A DNA stretch of 62,926 bases, counting the filler, from Octopus bimaculoides (taxonomy: Eukaryota): NCBI RefSeq assembly GCF_001194135.2. It is 4 parts of 4 records of this genome, joined end to end, with 100 filler letters (N's around TTAATTAATTAA, not from the genome) between each part and the next. Parts side by side here need not be neighbours in the genome. Positions count along the whole stretch, not along the records: positions 1 to 23,466 come from NC_068981.1; 3 more parts are not named here. The stretch is one strand, 5' to 3'. A program made the translations under genes and the position numbers. The first letter of the stretch is position 1; every line of letters begins with the position of its first letter. Shown here piece by piece: positions 1 through 11,686 of the stretch. The notes beneath the pieces were generated by a model that was not told where the DNA came from, did not search any database, and worked only from the letters and a program-made list of their open reading frames with translations.

Positions 1-35
<35 letters not shown>

Positions 36-174
36 GCACACACACACACACACATATATATAATTTATATATACATATATATGTATACAATTTATATACA
101 TATATATATATATGAATTAACAGAATGAGATAAAAATCCAAGGGTGTGAAAGATTTCAGAACATTTATAAATAG

Positions 175-222
175 GTCTTACAGCTGTATCCGGGATATTT
201 TATATATCCATTCATCGGAGAC
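175..222 (-). other. Degenerate Penelope-type hammerhead motif
   Basis: The minus strand reads gtctCCGATGAatggata...tatcccGGATACagctGTAagac. It has a palindromic stem III (acagctgt) and a GUA triplet, but both core boxes are mutated. Confidence 0.4.
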
Positions 223-636
223 GGTGTGAGATAATGGCTAAGCAATAGTTATTCTAGATAAGATATGAAACAGAGAGTGAAGTGGAGGAACGAAAATAGA
301 CGTGAGATATGCAGGGATATTGTATCTTAAGTTCCATTATTTAGGCAGAATGGTATATATATATATATATATTATACAAACATATATATATATATATATA
401 TACAATAAAATATATATACAAATATATATATATATGCATATAGATTTATGTACATATATAGAAATATATATATATATATATATAGACACAAATATATATA
501 TACATATATGTAAATATGTGTGTTATATTCTCAACAAGGTAGTTAAGTACAAAAAAACATTTATACGGGTTTTTATTAGAAAGCTAAGATGCAGATATTA
601 GTAATTATTTTAAAGCGTATTCCCCAAACTGAATAC

Positions 637-689
637 CTATCCAAACCATTTTGCCGCACATTCATCATTTTCCATTAACGTACTAGAAA
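637..689 (-). CDS. Micro-exon gene: probable terminal coding exon (53 nt), (V)SSTLMENDECAAKWFG*
   Basis: Minus strand reads ccttattttcttgtgtag|TT TCT AGT ACG TTA ATG GAA AAT GAT GAA TGT GCG GCA AAA TGG TTT GGA TAG. The acceptor is strong. Only the phase-1 frame stays open (the other two stop early), matching the upstream phase-1 exons. AATAAA lies at 572-577 on the minus strand. Confidence 0.7.
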
Positions 690-823
690 CTACACAAGAA
701 AATAAGGAGACAACTGAGTGAAATCAAGCAACACATAGTTAGCAAGAAATCATTTGAGAATAATATATGATTCAGCAACTGAAGTTTCAACTGCATGAAC
801 TGTTTCTGGTCGAAGATAAATAA

Positions 824-881
<58 letters not shown>

Positions 882-2384
882 CTACAGATATGTAGGTAAT
901 GAAAAATTAAAGTGGTGAACTCTTTTCAAGAAACAACAGCGTAGGGCGCAATTTATCGAGCGATTAGATTAGAGTAGTAAAGTTTTGAGTCTTATCTGAG
1001 CTTGCTACAGAGTTAGTATTTCTTCGGGAATGAACTATTCTCGAAGTTTTTGTATTGTAGTCTTTACTAGTTTAACATGTGCGTTCCTCAAAAATAGTAA
1101 AATGTATTAGCCGTAGCAAAGTTGAGGCGCCTAGTTATGACTTATAAATTTTGGCGAGAAAGGGGAATAGTGTTTTCATGATCTGTCATGATAGTGCATT
1201 TGCACAAAGGAACAAGATTGTTATAACATGGGGTGGAGGAGTTTTCAAAGTCTATGTTAATGAACACTGAAGGTTGGGCGTGAATATTATATAGGTGGCG
1301 CTTGGTGTAGGATGTTAGGGAGGAATGAAGGATTGCACATCCCAAGTAAAAATAGTCGTTGGGGTAGAGCAAGTATGCCATTGACGTATGGAAGGAAGAA
1401 TGTAGAAAATAAAATCACAATATGGAGAACAAAATAGTTAAAAGATTGCGGGTAGGTAAGAGCTTCCCCAGAACACGTTGTTATGTTTCGATATGAAAAG
1501 GAACTACTGATTCAAGTTGACACAAACACCCATAGGGTCAGTTCTCCCAAGCAATTTGCGTGTCATTTATAGTGGAAGGTCTCAGTGGGGGTGTCTTTCT
1601 GAGTAAGTGACATTATACCTGTGCGCGCATACTATTACTACAATAGATCGAGATCAATATAACAATTCAATCACCGATACAATAATTGACTCGGTACATA
1701 GTGTGTGTGTGGGGAGGCAATGTAATTGCTGCCATTATGCCGATATAAAGATTGCTGTACTTTTTTATACTCTCATTCAACAGTAATATTCTGTCCCATG
1801 GTGTTTCGTATCTTTCAAACTCACGAATGAAAACAGAATAAAGCAATAATAAAGAGGCGTTATACACCAACAACTGCAAGTTAGAAAAGTACAAATTCTC
1901 CTAGCGGAATAAACTGCATTAAGACAAAGCTTGACACAAATTAGAAATAGTTTTAAAAGCATTACTACGTCTTGTTAATCAATACATATTAGGTCTGATA
2001 TCCGTATATGAAGCATAAAATGTTAAACTCTATTTAGTTCAACGCTGCATATTACTGTGGAAGCATTATGATTTTATGTATTTTTGTTTCTAGATGACGA
2101 CATAAATAATGATCTTTCATTTTGTGAATGATACATTGTTATTAGTGCGTTTGGATATGTGAGAATATGCTTGAGTTCCTATGAGTGCATGTGGGATTGC
2201 CGCATGTGACCTCCCGTGACAAAGTCGGAGGAGAGTACTAGTCGATATATTTCTCTGTTTTAGACATTAAATATATTAAATATTTCCGTAGTTATACAGT
2301 CCTCCCTATTTAATCTTCTATATTCCAGACAGACAATGAAGCCAAATATTGAAAGCTAGTGGAACTATTGCAAATTTAACTCAC

Positions 2385-2414
2385 CAACTGTAGATTCAAC
2401 TTCCGACGGTTTTT
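2385..2414 (-). CDS. 30-nt micro-exon (E)KPSEVESTV
   Basis: ttttgactttcgttcag|AAAAACCGTCGGAAGTTGAATCTACAGTTG|gtgagt; phase 1-1. Confidence 0.9.
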
Positions 2415-2763
2415 CTGAACGAAAGTCAAAATAAAATAAAATATTTACGTTGCTTAATTCGTTCGCATACAAATATAACTTTGAATTTACGTAAATAACT
2501 TTAGGTATTTTTATTATGATAAATGTATTAAATATAACTTTTCGAGCTTCATTTAACTGATACATGTTTATGTATGTCGTTCACATCTTTTGCAAGTATT
2601 ACAATTTATTAAAAGTAGAAACATTTCCAAAATATTTTCTCATGAATGCACAAGGTCATTTTTGATTTTATATTTTATAATATGCAGAAAGTGTAGTATA
2701 TTATTCTAGAAAAACCTATTATTAATGTTGATGAACCTTATAAAGTTGCTTTAAAGTGCTTAC

Positions 2764-2793
2764 CTATGCGAGATTCGGTCTCTGTAACAATTT
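2764..2793 (-). CDS. 30-nt micro-exon (E)IVTETESRI (A-type variant)
   Basis: ttaatttcacag|AAATTGTTACAGAGACCGAATCTCGCATAG|gtaagc; phase 1-1. Confidence 0.88.
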   Translation of the reverse strand, partial: KLLQRPNLA

Positions 2794-3308
2794 CTGTGAA
2801 ATTAACAATGTGTTCAATTAACTTTTGTTTTCGTGAATTAACAAAATATTAAATAGTCTAGGCGCAATAAAATGTATCAATAAATTTACACGGAAATATT
2901 GATCGGGGTACTTTTTTTAAGTATAACTCACTCTGAATATAATGATTTAAACTTAACTTAATGCAACTTACGTTCAGTATTTATTGCATTTTTGAGAGCG
3001 CCTGGTATAATGGCTTGTGTGTTCTCTTAAGATCGACATTCTGACAGGGGTTCCGTTGTGTCCTTGACTAAAGATGTGTAATAATGTGATCTAAAGAGTT
3101 AACAATCGGGAAGGACTCATTCTCAGTCGCTTAAATGCCGAGCTATGTTCAAAACGTATTGAAATGTAGGCTCTTGAGATACTATATATTTTACTATATA
3201 TATAGTTTATACAATTAATTTACGTTACATATTAATTCATATTAAGACAAATTATACTACTGGTATCTATACTAGAAAAATAATGATGAGAATATAATTT
3301 AGCGGGAA

Positions 3309-3342
<34 letters not shown>

Positions 3343-3377
3343 CTCTATTTTATGAAAACTAATTAGAAAACACTTAC

Positions 3378-3407
3378 CAACTGTAGCTTCAACCTCAGAA
3401 GGTTGTT
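3378..3407 (-). CDS. 30-nt micro-exon (E)QPSEVEATV (D-type)
   Basis: cgtattcag|AACAACCTTCTGAGGTTGAAGCTACAGTTG|gtaagt. Confidence 0.9.
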
Positions 3408-3778
3408 CTGAATACGAATTATATAGAAATAGAAAAAAGAAACCATTTAAGAACTACTCGTCTACATACACTTTACGAAATATTTTTCATTTTCTCAATC
3501 TCATATTGGTAGTGAAGTTAAGAAACAGGTTGCAATGAATTACTTATTGAAAATTGTTCAGTAGTTGTTAATAACTGATAAGAATTTGTTTTAAACTGGA
3601 TACACTTTATGATATTCTACATTACTCAATAAGTGTTCATCAATAATCCGAAGGCATTTATGATAAGGTATTTCTAATATTTCCAAATGTATGTAAATGG
3701 GTTTGAATACATTTACACAGTATATAGCATAGAATTTCTGATCTATTGTGGTAATTTCTTAAGTGGAAAATTGCTCAC

Positions 3779-3808
3779 CTCTGGGACGCTCTTCCTGCGC
3801 CACAATAT
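3779..3808 (-). CDS. 30-nt micro-exon (D)IVAQEERPR (C-type)
   Basis: aatttcacag|ATATTGTGGCGCAGGAAGAGCGTCCCAGAG|gtgagc. Confidence 0.9.
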
Positions 3809-4535
3809 CTGTGAAATTAATGAAACATTATTGCAATTTCGTATCAAGCATTTGCGAATATAAATCTAGTAAGAATATTAGAACTAATGGATGCCTGGGA
3901 ACGATAGAAAGCATTACCAATTAACAATAAACATAGGTTTTGAAGGAAGTAATTTTTCCTTTCAATTCCTGTGAAAATATTCTAATATTTCAAATACACA
4001 CAGGCTTTATAATTATATAAAAGCATTCAGCACAAACATTGTACTTTCGTAAGAGCTTATATTATGAAAACAGCAACGTTAGTTTCAAATCCTAACGTAA
4101 CTAAATTACAGACATTATTCTGGGCATATAGCACGATAGAATATGTAATGTATAACAAAGAATTGTCATAATAACTAGCATATTCGAAAACAGACATTAA
4201 CCATTACAGTATTAATCATAACATTATATAATATGTCCACTACACTTATTCCCTAGAATATGTATTGTATTACAATTCCATCTACATTTTGTATATTATC
4301 TACAAAATACTTATATGGCAAAAAAAAATGACAAATATGGTTTTTAACAACTTTGTGAAGGCAATATTAAAATTATCATCCTGGCTATCAAATAGAAAAC
4401 ACAGTCCTTAAATGTGACATATAAAGGTTCAAAATATTTATCTTTTATTAGCAACGTAGAATATAATAAAACTCTACACAAGAACATATCAAGATATCAA
4501 AGCGTAATCACGTGAGAATAAATTATCTCACTCAC

Positions 4536-4565
4536 CAACTGTAGATTCCACCTCCGAATGTGTTT
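4536..4565 (-). CDS. 30-nt micro-exon (E)THSEVESTV (B-type)
   Basis: ctttcactag|AAACACATTCGGAGGTGGAATCTACAGTTG|gtgagt. Confidence 0.9.
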
Positions 4566-4659
4566 CTAGTGAAAGAAATGTAAAATACATCCGTCAATTG
4601 ACTATGCAGACTAACACAGACATATATACTAAATATTTTGAGACGTGCTCTTTTTAGGC

Positions 4660-4719
<60 letters not shown>

Positions 4720-5044
4720 CCTTGATCGGGATATATTCATGTAAACTAATTTTCATCTTGTGTAAATGTTTATATGTAAACTATTTTTGACTCGTTACTG
4801 AGGATAAACAAAGCCTCAAACTTTTTCTTAACATTGTCAAAGACACTATCACTTCATTTGAATACATTCATGTAAATTAATGTTCAACACAGCAGAGGAT
4901 ATACAAAGCCTCATACTTTACTTTTGAAAATCTTTTTAAATAAGTGAAACTGGTTAAGATTTTAAATACTTTTAAAAGACTCCTGCATTTTAAAATTCTT
5001 TTCGTTATATTTTTACTCGTGCATTAACCCCCAACCTTACTTTG

Positions 5045-5083
<39 letters not shown>

Positions 5084-5141
5084 AATTATATATGTATATA
5101 AACATTGTATACCTATGTATATGTATATATAGAGAGAGAAC

Positions 5142-5180
<39 letters not shown>

Positions 5181-5189
5181 CTATGATAC

Positions 5190-5510
5190 TAGAGGTCTTC
5201 CTTTCTGACTACTCTTTAGCGGATCATAAATATTTCTCATGGTTGGACTTTATCTTAATTGAAAATTGATACTCACGAGATTTATAAATCAAATATACTT
5301 AAGCAAGTGCAACATTAACTACACTAACCAAAACAATCGCAAATTAAAAAGGAATATCGCAGGAAAATGTCAGATTTTAATACATATTTTGAAAAATCTT
5401 CTGAATAGCATACCTGTACGAGTTACTTTCTCCGTTACAATCTCTGTGGAATTAACGAAACATGTAGTTAAACATTTGAAAGAAACTTTATTAGAGTATG
5501 CAACGTGTTT
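5190..5510. repeat. Duplicate carrying the A exon (paralog at ~10660-10985)
   Basis: ttctgactactctttagcggatcat...gaaaattgatactcacgagattt is shared by both copies. Confidence 0.85.
5414..5443 (-). CDS. 30-nt micro-exon (E)IVTEKVTRT (A-type)
   Basis: aattccacag|AGATTGTAACGGAGAAAGTAACTCGTACAG|gtatgc. Confidence 0.9.
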
Positions 5511-5679
5511 ATATGCAGAATATTATGTAAATTTTATACCTGCATAATTTTACATACGTACACACGCACACGCTGAAAACACCCAGTGATAATAAAACGA
5601 TAATATTGACAACCAACATACCGAACAGAACCAATCCCTCCAGCGCTCGATGTACATAGCATGTTCTTATGGGTAGATT

Positions 5680-6646
5680 ATATAAGTCTTTGTTTTGTGA
5701 ACAGTAGAAATTTTTCAGACGAGCAGTATAGATTTCATGTAGAATACTACGTTCAGAATGTCGGGAAATAATGAAAGCAGTTTTATATGTATAAGAGAAG
5801 GTTTTATCGTATCAGAGATAAAGACACGTATGTCTTTATAGTATATTAAGATGAATATAAGAGCGAATTTCTGAGGGATTACCAGTATATATTGACTATG
5901 AGACGGAATTCTAAGATATTTCGATGCGGACAGGAGACAGCTTATATACGGTTGATTCGTCAAGATTGCGGGCTAGACACAGTCGAATGAATGGACGTTG
6001 GTGTGAGTGCGTATGTGTATGTAGGAGCATGCCTGCGTGTGTGAGTGTGCGTGTGTGACTATGTCTCTGTGTGTGTGTGTATGCGTATATGTGTTTGTGT
6101 CTGTATGTGGGTGTGTTTGCGTTGGTGTCTATGTATATAAATGTATGTGTAATCACATTATTCTGCTGCTAGATGCGCTTATTTTGATGTTGATATAATA
6201 ATTTATGATTTATGAGAATGACTTCAAACTATAATACATTGTGATTGATTCACTACACGTAATCCAGCTAAATGTTCAATATACTGTAGAAAATTTCCTT
6301 GCTCCCATTACCTTCAAGATTTTCGTCTACTAGGTGATTCAGCAATAATCTGTTATTTCGAACATAAATGTGAAAACGAAATGAAGCAATAAGATACTTA
6401 TCAAAAGCAGACAAACGAAGGAACTGACACCAGACATGAGTTAGAAACATACGAATTCTCCAAAGGTTATATATTGCATCAAGAAAAAGAACACAGCAAA
6501 TTAAAAGCTATGCATACATAGTCGCTTTGGAAGTCAGAATTACTAAATGTCATGTACGTTAATATAAACATACAGATATGCTCTAGATGTTGCATATCAT
6601 TCCCCTCATCATCGTGTAGCACAGTTGGGTTGCTGTAACTACATGT
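5680..6646. repeat. Segmental duplicate, copy 1 (paralog at ~12840-13752)
   Basis: Near-identical intronic sequence; ORFs 6268-6450 and 13375-13557 translate almost identically. Confidence 0.9.
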
Positions 6647-7668
6647 NNNNNNNNNNNNNNNNNNNNNNNNNNNNNNNNNNNNNNNNNNNNNNNNNNNNNN
6701 NNNNNNNNNNNNNNNNNNNNNNNNNNNNNNNNNNNNNNNNNNNNNNNNNNNNNNNNNNNNNNNNNNNNNNNNNNNNNNNNNNNNNNNNNNNNNNNNNNNN
6801 NNNNNNNNNNNNNNNNNNNNNNNNNNNNNNNNNNNNNNNNNNNNNNNNNNNNNNNNNNNNNNNNNNNNNNNNNNNNNNNNNNNNNNNNNNNNNNNNNNNN
6901 NNNNNNNNNNNNNNNNNNNNNNNNNNNNNNNNNNNNNNNNNNNNNNNNNNNNNNNNNNNNNNNNNNNNNNNNNNNNNNNNNNNNNNNNNNNNNNNNNNNN
7001 NNNNNNNNNNNNNNNNNNNNNNNNNNNNNNNNNNNNNNNNNNNNNNNNNNNNNNNNNNNNNNNNNNNNNNNNNNNNNNNNNNNNNNNNNNNNNNNNNNNN
7101 NNNNNNNNNNNNNNNNNNNNNNNNNNNNNNNNNNNNNNNNNNNNNNNNNNNNNNNNNNNNNNNNNNNNNNNNNNNNNNNNNNNNNNNNNNNNNNNNNNNN
7201 NNNNNNNNNNNNNNNNNNNNNNNNNNNNNNNNNNNNNNNNNNNNNNNNNNNNNNNNNNNNNNNNNNNNNNNNNNNNNNNNNNNNNNNNNNNNNNNNNNNN
7301 NNNNNNNNNNNNNNNNNNNNNNNNNNNNNNNNNNNNNNNNNNNNNNNNNNNNNNNNNNNNNNNNNNNNNNNNNNNNNNNNNNNNNNNNNNNNNNNNNNNN
7401 NNNNNNNNNNNNNNNNNNNNNNNNNNNNNNNNNNNNNNNNNNNNNNNNGAATATTCGTCAGCAAACTTCTCTAGAAATTATTCTATTTTTGCATACTATG
7501 GAGAAAATGATTTAATATTAAATATTTTAAAAGCAAATATGTCTTACATATTAGTTCATAGCTATGAAAATTATATACTTAATCTTTATTTGAATAAATG
7601 TAACAGCTAAAAATATAAAGAATGATATACTAATATATTTTCATTGAAACTACTTAGGAAACACTTAC

Positions 7669-7698
7669 CAACAGTGGCGTCGACCTCAGAGGGTTGTT
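7669..7698 (-). CDS. 30-nt micro-exon (E)QPSEVDATV (D-type)
   Basis: ctatgttcag|AACAACCCTCTGAGGTCGACGCCACTGTTG|gtaagt. Confidence 0.9.
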
Positions 7699-8501
7699 CT
7701 GAACATAGAATAAAAAGATTGTGACAATAGAGAACTGACCTCCAATACAATGTAAAAACAAATATATGTAAAAGAAATGTTCATGATCGTTTAACTACAC
7801 TATTTTTCGGGAAATAGCTCATTTCTGTAACATGCTTGCATGTTATGCCTATCTATGTATCTTATAGATAGATAAATAGACACACACAGAGTGAGAGGAT
7901 GATGAGGATGAGAAGGAGGAGGAAGAGGAGAAGATTCATCATCATCATCACGATGATCATGATGATTGCCTCATCTTGTCAGATGTTAGCCCTCTCACAT
8001 TCAGCTTCATTCTGCTGTTTGACTTTCATCCTTGCTTATGCACGAAGATTCCCTCACCACACAACTTTATAAATTACAAAACGATTCAATGAATTAAATA
8101 ATAGCGAGACATCTACGCTCCATTGGATTTAAGTGACGACACCTTATACAACACATTTTCCACTGTCTCAGTCGCCATAGAAGTTTCCAGTGGCATTGTT
8201 GCATGATGACTGGCACTATTTTGACTGCAAGTTTTACGTCAGAGTTTCTTTCTCCTAGAAGAGCTACCTTCCCCCAAGACTTAGTCTGAAATAACAAGAG
8301 ACTCCTCTACTCCACGTAAAATGTATTTAAAACACAGGTGGGACCCTAACAGACATTAGCGGTCCGGATAAGAAAGGATGCAGTCATCGGGTGCAATTTA
8401 AATGCAGCAAACCCGCGCACGCACACACGCGCGCATAAATGAAAGTATATAACTGAATTTCTTATCTATTGAATAAATTTCTAATGTAGAAAATTGCTCA
8501 C

Positions 8502-8531
8502 CTCTGGGACGCTCTTCCTGCGTCACAATAT
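8502..8531 (-). CDS. 30-nt micro-exon (D)IVTQEERPR (C-type)
   Basis: aatttcacag|ATATTGTGACGCAGGAAGAGCGTCCCAGAG|gtgagc. Confidence 0.9.
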
Positions 8532-9240
8532 CTGTGAAATTAATGAAATAATATTGCAATTTCATATCAAGTATTTGCGAATATAAAGCTAACAAGAATA
8601 TTAGAACTAATGGAAAACTGAGAATCCTTGAAAGCATTACCATTTAACTATAAACGTAAGCTTTGAAAGAAGTGACTCTTCCTTTCAATTCCAGTGAAAG
8701 AAATTTAATATTTCAAATACACATACCCTTTATAATTACATAAATGCATTCATCACAAACATTGTATTTTCGTAAGAGCCTATATCATAAAAACAGCAAT
8801 GTTAATATCAAACACGAGCGTAAGTCAATTAGACATTATTCTGGACATATTACGCACTAAAATATTTTATATATAACACAGAAATGCCAAAATACCTAAT
8901 ACAACAATTACCCATTAAAATACATATTATATCCTTATGTAATAAGACCTCTACATTATTTCCTTAGAATATGTGCTGTTACAAAACCATTTATATTTTC
9001 TATATTCTCAACAAAAAACTTATATGAAAAAATAGCAAACGTGGTTTTAACTTCAACTGTGTTAAAGCAACAGTAAAATATTGTCTAACCTATCAAATAG
9101 AAAACACAGTCCTTGAATGTATCATAAAAAGGTCCAAAATATATATTTTTCATTAGCAACGTAGAATATAACAAAAAACTACGCAAGAAGATATGAAAAT
9201 ATCAAAACGTAATGACGTGAGAAGAAATTATCTCACTCAC

Positions 9241-9270
9241 CAGCTGTAGATTCCACCTCCGAACGGGTTT
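9241..9270 (-). CDS. 30-nt micro-exon (E)TRSEVESTA (B-type)
   Basis: cttttactag|AAACCCGTTCGGAGGTGGAATCTACAGCTG|gtgagt. Confidence 0.9.
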
Positions 9271-9382
9271 CTAGTAAAAGATAAATGTAAAATGCGTCTA
9301 TGAACTGACTATGAAGACATTGACAAAGACATATATACTAAATATTTTCAGACGCACGCTCTTTACAAGACTATATATATCA

Positions 9383-10471
9383 TTAGGAAAGAGAGAAATA
9401 AATTACAGAGGCCGATATTCATATTCTTTCAATCCATTTCAAATTGTCGAAATTCTCTACAATATACATAGATGCATTCGCATATATAAGCCAAGGTTAA
9501 AATTCATAAGAATTTATAAATATATAAATATACGAAGATTTATAAATATATAAGAATTCATAAATCTGTAAAAATTTATAAATGTATAAAAATTCATAAA
9601 TATATAAAAATTTATAAACATATAAAATATTAATATATAGATGTACTTGCGAGGCAGAATGTCCGTATTAGAATCAATGAGGAAGGTAGATGAGAAAGTT
9701 AGTATAAAATGATTTAAAAGGAATCCTGAATAAGTGCAAAATTTGACGGCAGTTTCGGGAAGATATAGGCTGGTATGAACGAGCTAACTCCCACCATAGC
9801 TCTTTTCTTTTTTTTTTAGCACACAAATATATTATTTGTGCCAACAAAAAAAGCTTACTTAATTAAATATCTGATATCATAATTACCTGTAGACATAAAT
9901 ATCTTTCAACTTTTAAATTCTTTCCCAAAAATAATTAGCCTATAGGTTTTAATCTAGTCACCCTTCATAATTTGGATTCATCTTAAAATGCTATTATATA
10001 TAGCGTCGTAATGTATCTTAACATGTAACTTTAATTCTAATTATATCATCCGCATGAACTGTATGGTCCGACAAAGCATTCGTCTTTTTTAAAATTCTCA
10101 AATCTTCCATGTCTCTTAAAATTTTAACTCTTTGAATCTTTTAACTCTGACGAGAGAAGTATAGAAAATTGCTATGGTTGGAGTTAGCTCGCCCATACCA
10201 ACCTATATCTTCCCGAAACGGCCGTCAGACTTTTCCCTTATTCAGGATTCCTCTTAAATCCTTTTATACTAACTTTCTCATCTACCCTCCTCATTGCTTC
10301 TAATATGGACATTCAACCTCACAAGTACATCTATATTTATATGTGTTTATAAATTTTTATAAATCTTATATATATGAATGCATCTCTGTATATTGTGGAC
10401 AATTTCGACAATTTGAAATGAATTGAATGAATATGAATACCGACTTTGAAATTTGCTTCCCTCTTTCTTAA
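9383..10471. mobile_element. Fold-back/MITE-like element with ~300-400 bp imperfect inverted arms, inside a micro-exon gene intron
   Basis: 9383-9800 is the reverse complement of 10171-10471; for example gtacttgcgaggcagaatgtccgtattagaa pairs with ttctaatatggacattcaacctcacaagtac. The element is absent from the paralogous intron at 4566-5413. Confidence 0.8.
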
Positions 10472-10581
10472 TTTTATATTCCTTAAGCTCTATTAGAGTG
10501 CTAATTAGTTGTGCCGTATAAACTGGATAACTATAGCATTTACTTCTTCATTACACACACACACACGCGCGCGCACACACG

Positions 10582-10664
<83 letters not shown>

Positions 10665-10886
10665 TAGTAGACGTCTAACGTTCTGACTATTCTTTAGCGG
10701 ATCATGTACAACTACCATGGTGGAAATTATCGTAACTGAAAATTGATACTCACGGGATTTACAAATCAAATATACTTAAGCAATTGCAACATTAGCTACA
10801 CTAACACAACTGTAATTTAAAAAAGAATATCGCAGAAGAATGTCAGATTTTAACATACAGTATGAAAAATTTTCTGAATAGCATAC

Positions 10887-10916
10887 CTGTGCGAGTTACC
10901 TTTTCCGTTACAATCT
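10887..10916 (-). CDS. 30-nt micro-exon (E)IVTEKVTRT (A-type)
   Basis: aattccgcag|AGATTGTAACGGAAAAGGTAACTCGCACAG|gtatgc; differs from 5414-5443 by 3 substitutions, all synonymous. Confidence 0.9.
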
Positions 10917-11117
10917 CTGCGGAATTAACGAAACATGTAGTTAGATATTTGAAAGAAACTTTATGAGAGAATACATCGTTGTTTATACGATTCTGTCATT
11001 TGGTGGTACATTACTTTCAAATCGATAAACAGAATATTATATAAATATTATATCTTCAGACTTATACATACGCACATGTACACACACAGAGACACACGTA
11101 TACACATGTACATGTAC

Positions 11118-11194
<77 letters not shown>

Positions 11195-11596
11195 AGTATG
11201 TATGTATATATTTATGTATGCACATATATATGTAATTATATACGAGAGGTTTTGGTATCAGGAAGATCCAAGAGGTAGTTAAGGTTATGTAAGTGCTACG
11301 GAGGGACCGCTGTTAGACTCCAGATTCGATAATAGTATGAGTGAGGAGTCTAACGCAGGTCGCGTGAGAGTGTGTATATGTTAAATAAAATGAGTCAAGC
11401 TAAGGCAGTTTGAAATATCTAAGACATTTTATACAGAGAAACAAAGTCTTACAGTTGTCTCAGGGATATAAAAGATATCCCATAGTCAGAGACGACGTCG
11501 TCTCTGATGATGGGGTGTCTTTCTCTTATACACACATATACGTGATCATACATATGTATATATATATATATGTATATATGCACATATATATCTAAG

Positions 11597-11686
<90 letters not shown>

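Larger units (their letters stand above)
3745..4600. repeat. Segmental duplicate carrying the C and B exons (paralog at ~8470-9310)
   Basis: Colinear intronic similarity, e.g. aatagaaaacacagtcctt and attagcaacgtagaatata in both copies. Confidence 0.85.

Noticed and set aside
1619-1648. A-type-like segment ctgtgcgcgcatactattactacaat after a gtataa donor
   Set aside because: There is no AG at 30 nt and a phase-1 stop (TAG). At most it is a decayed pseudo-exon.
1867-1896. 30-nt AG/GT-bounded segment on the minus strand
   Set aside because: It has an in-frame TAA in phase 1 and a weak donor (gtgtat).
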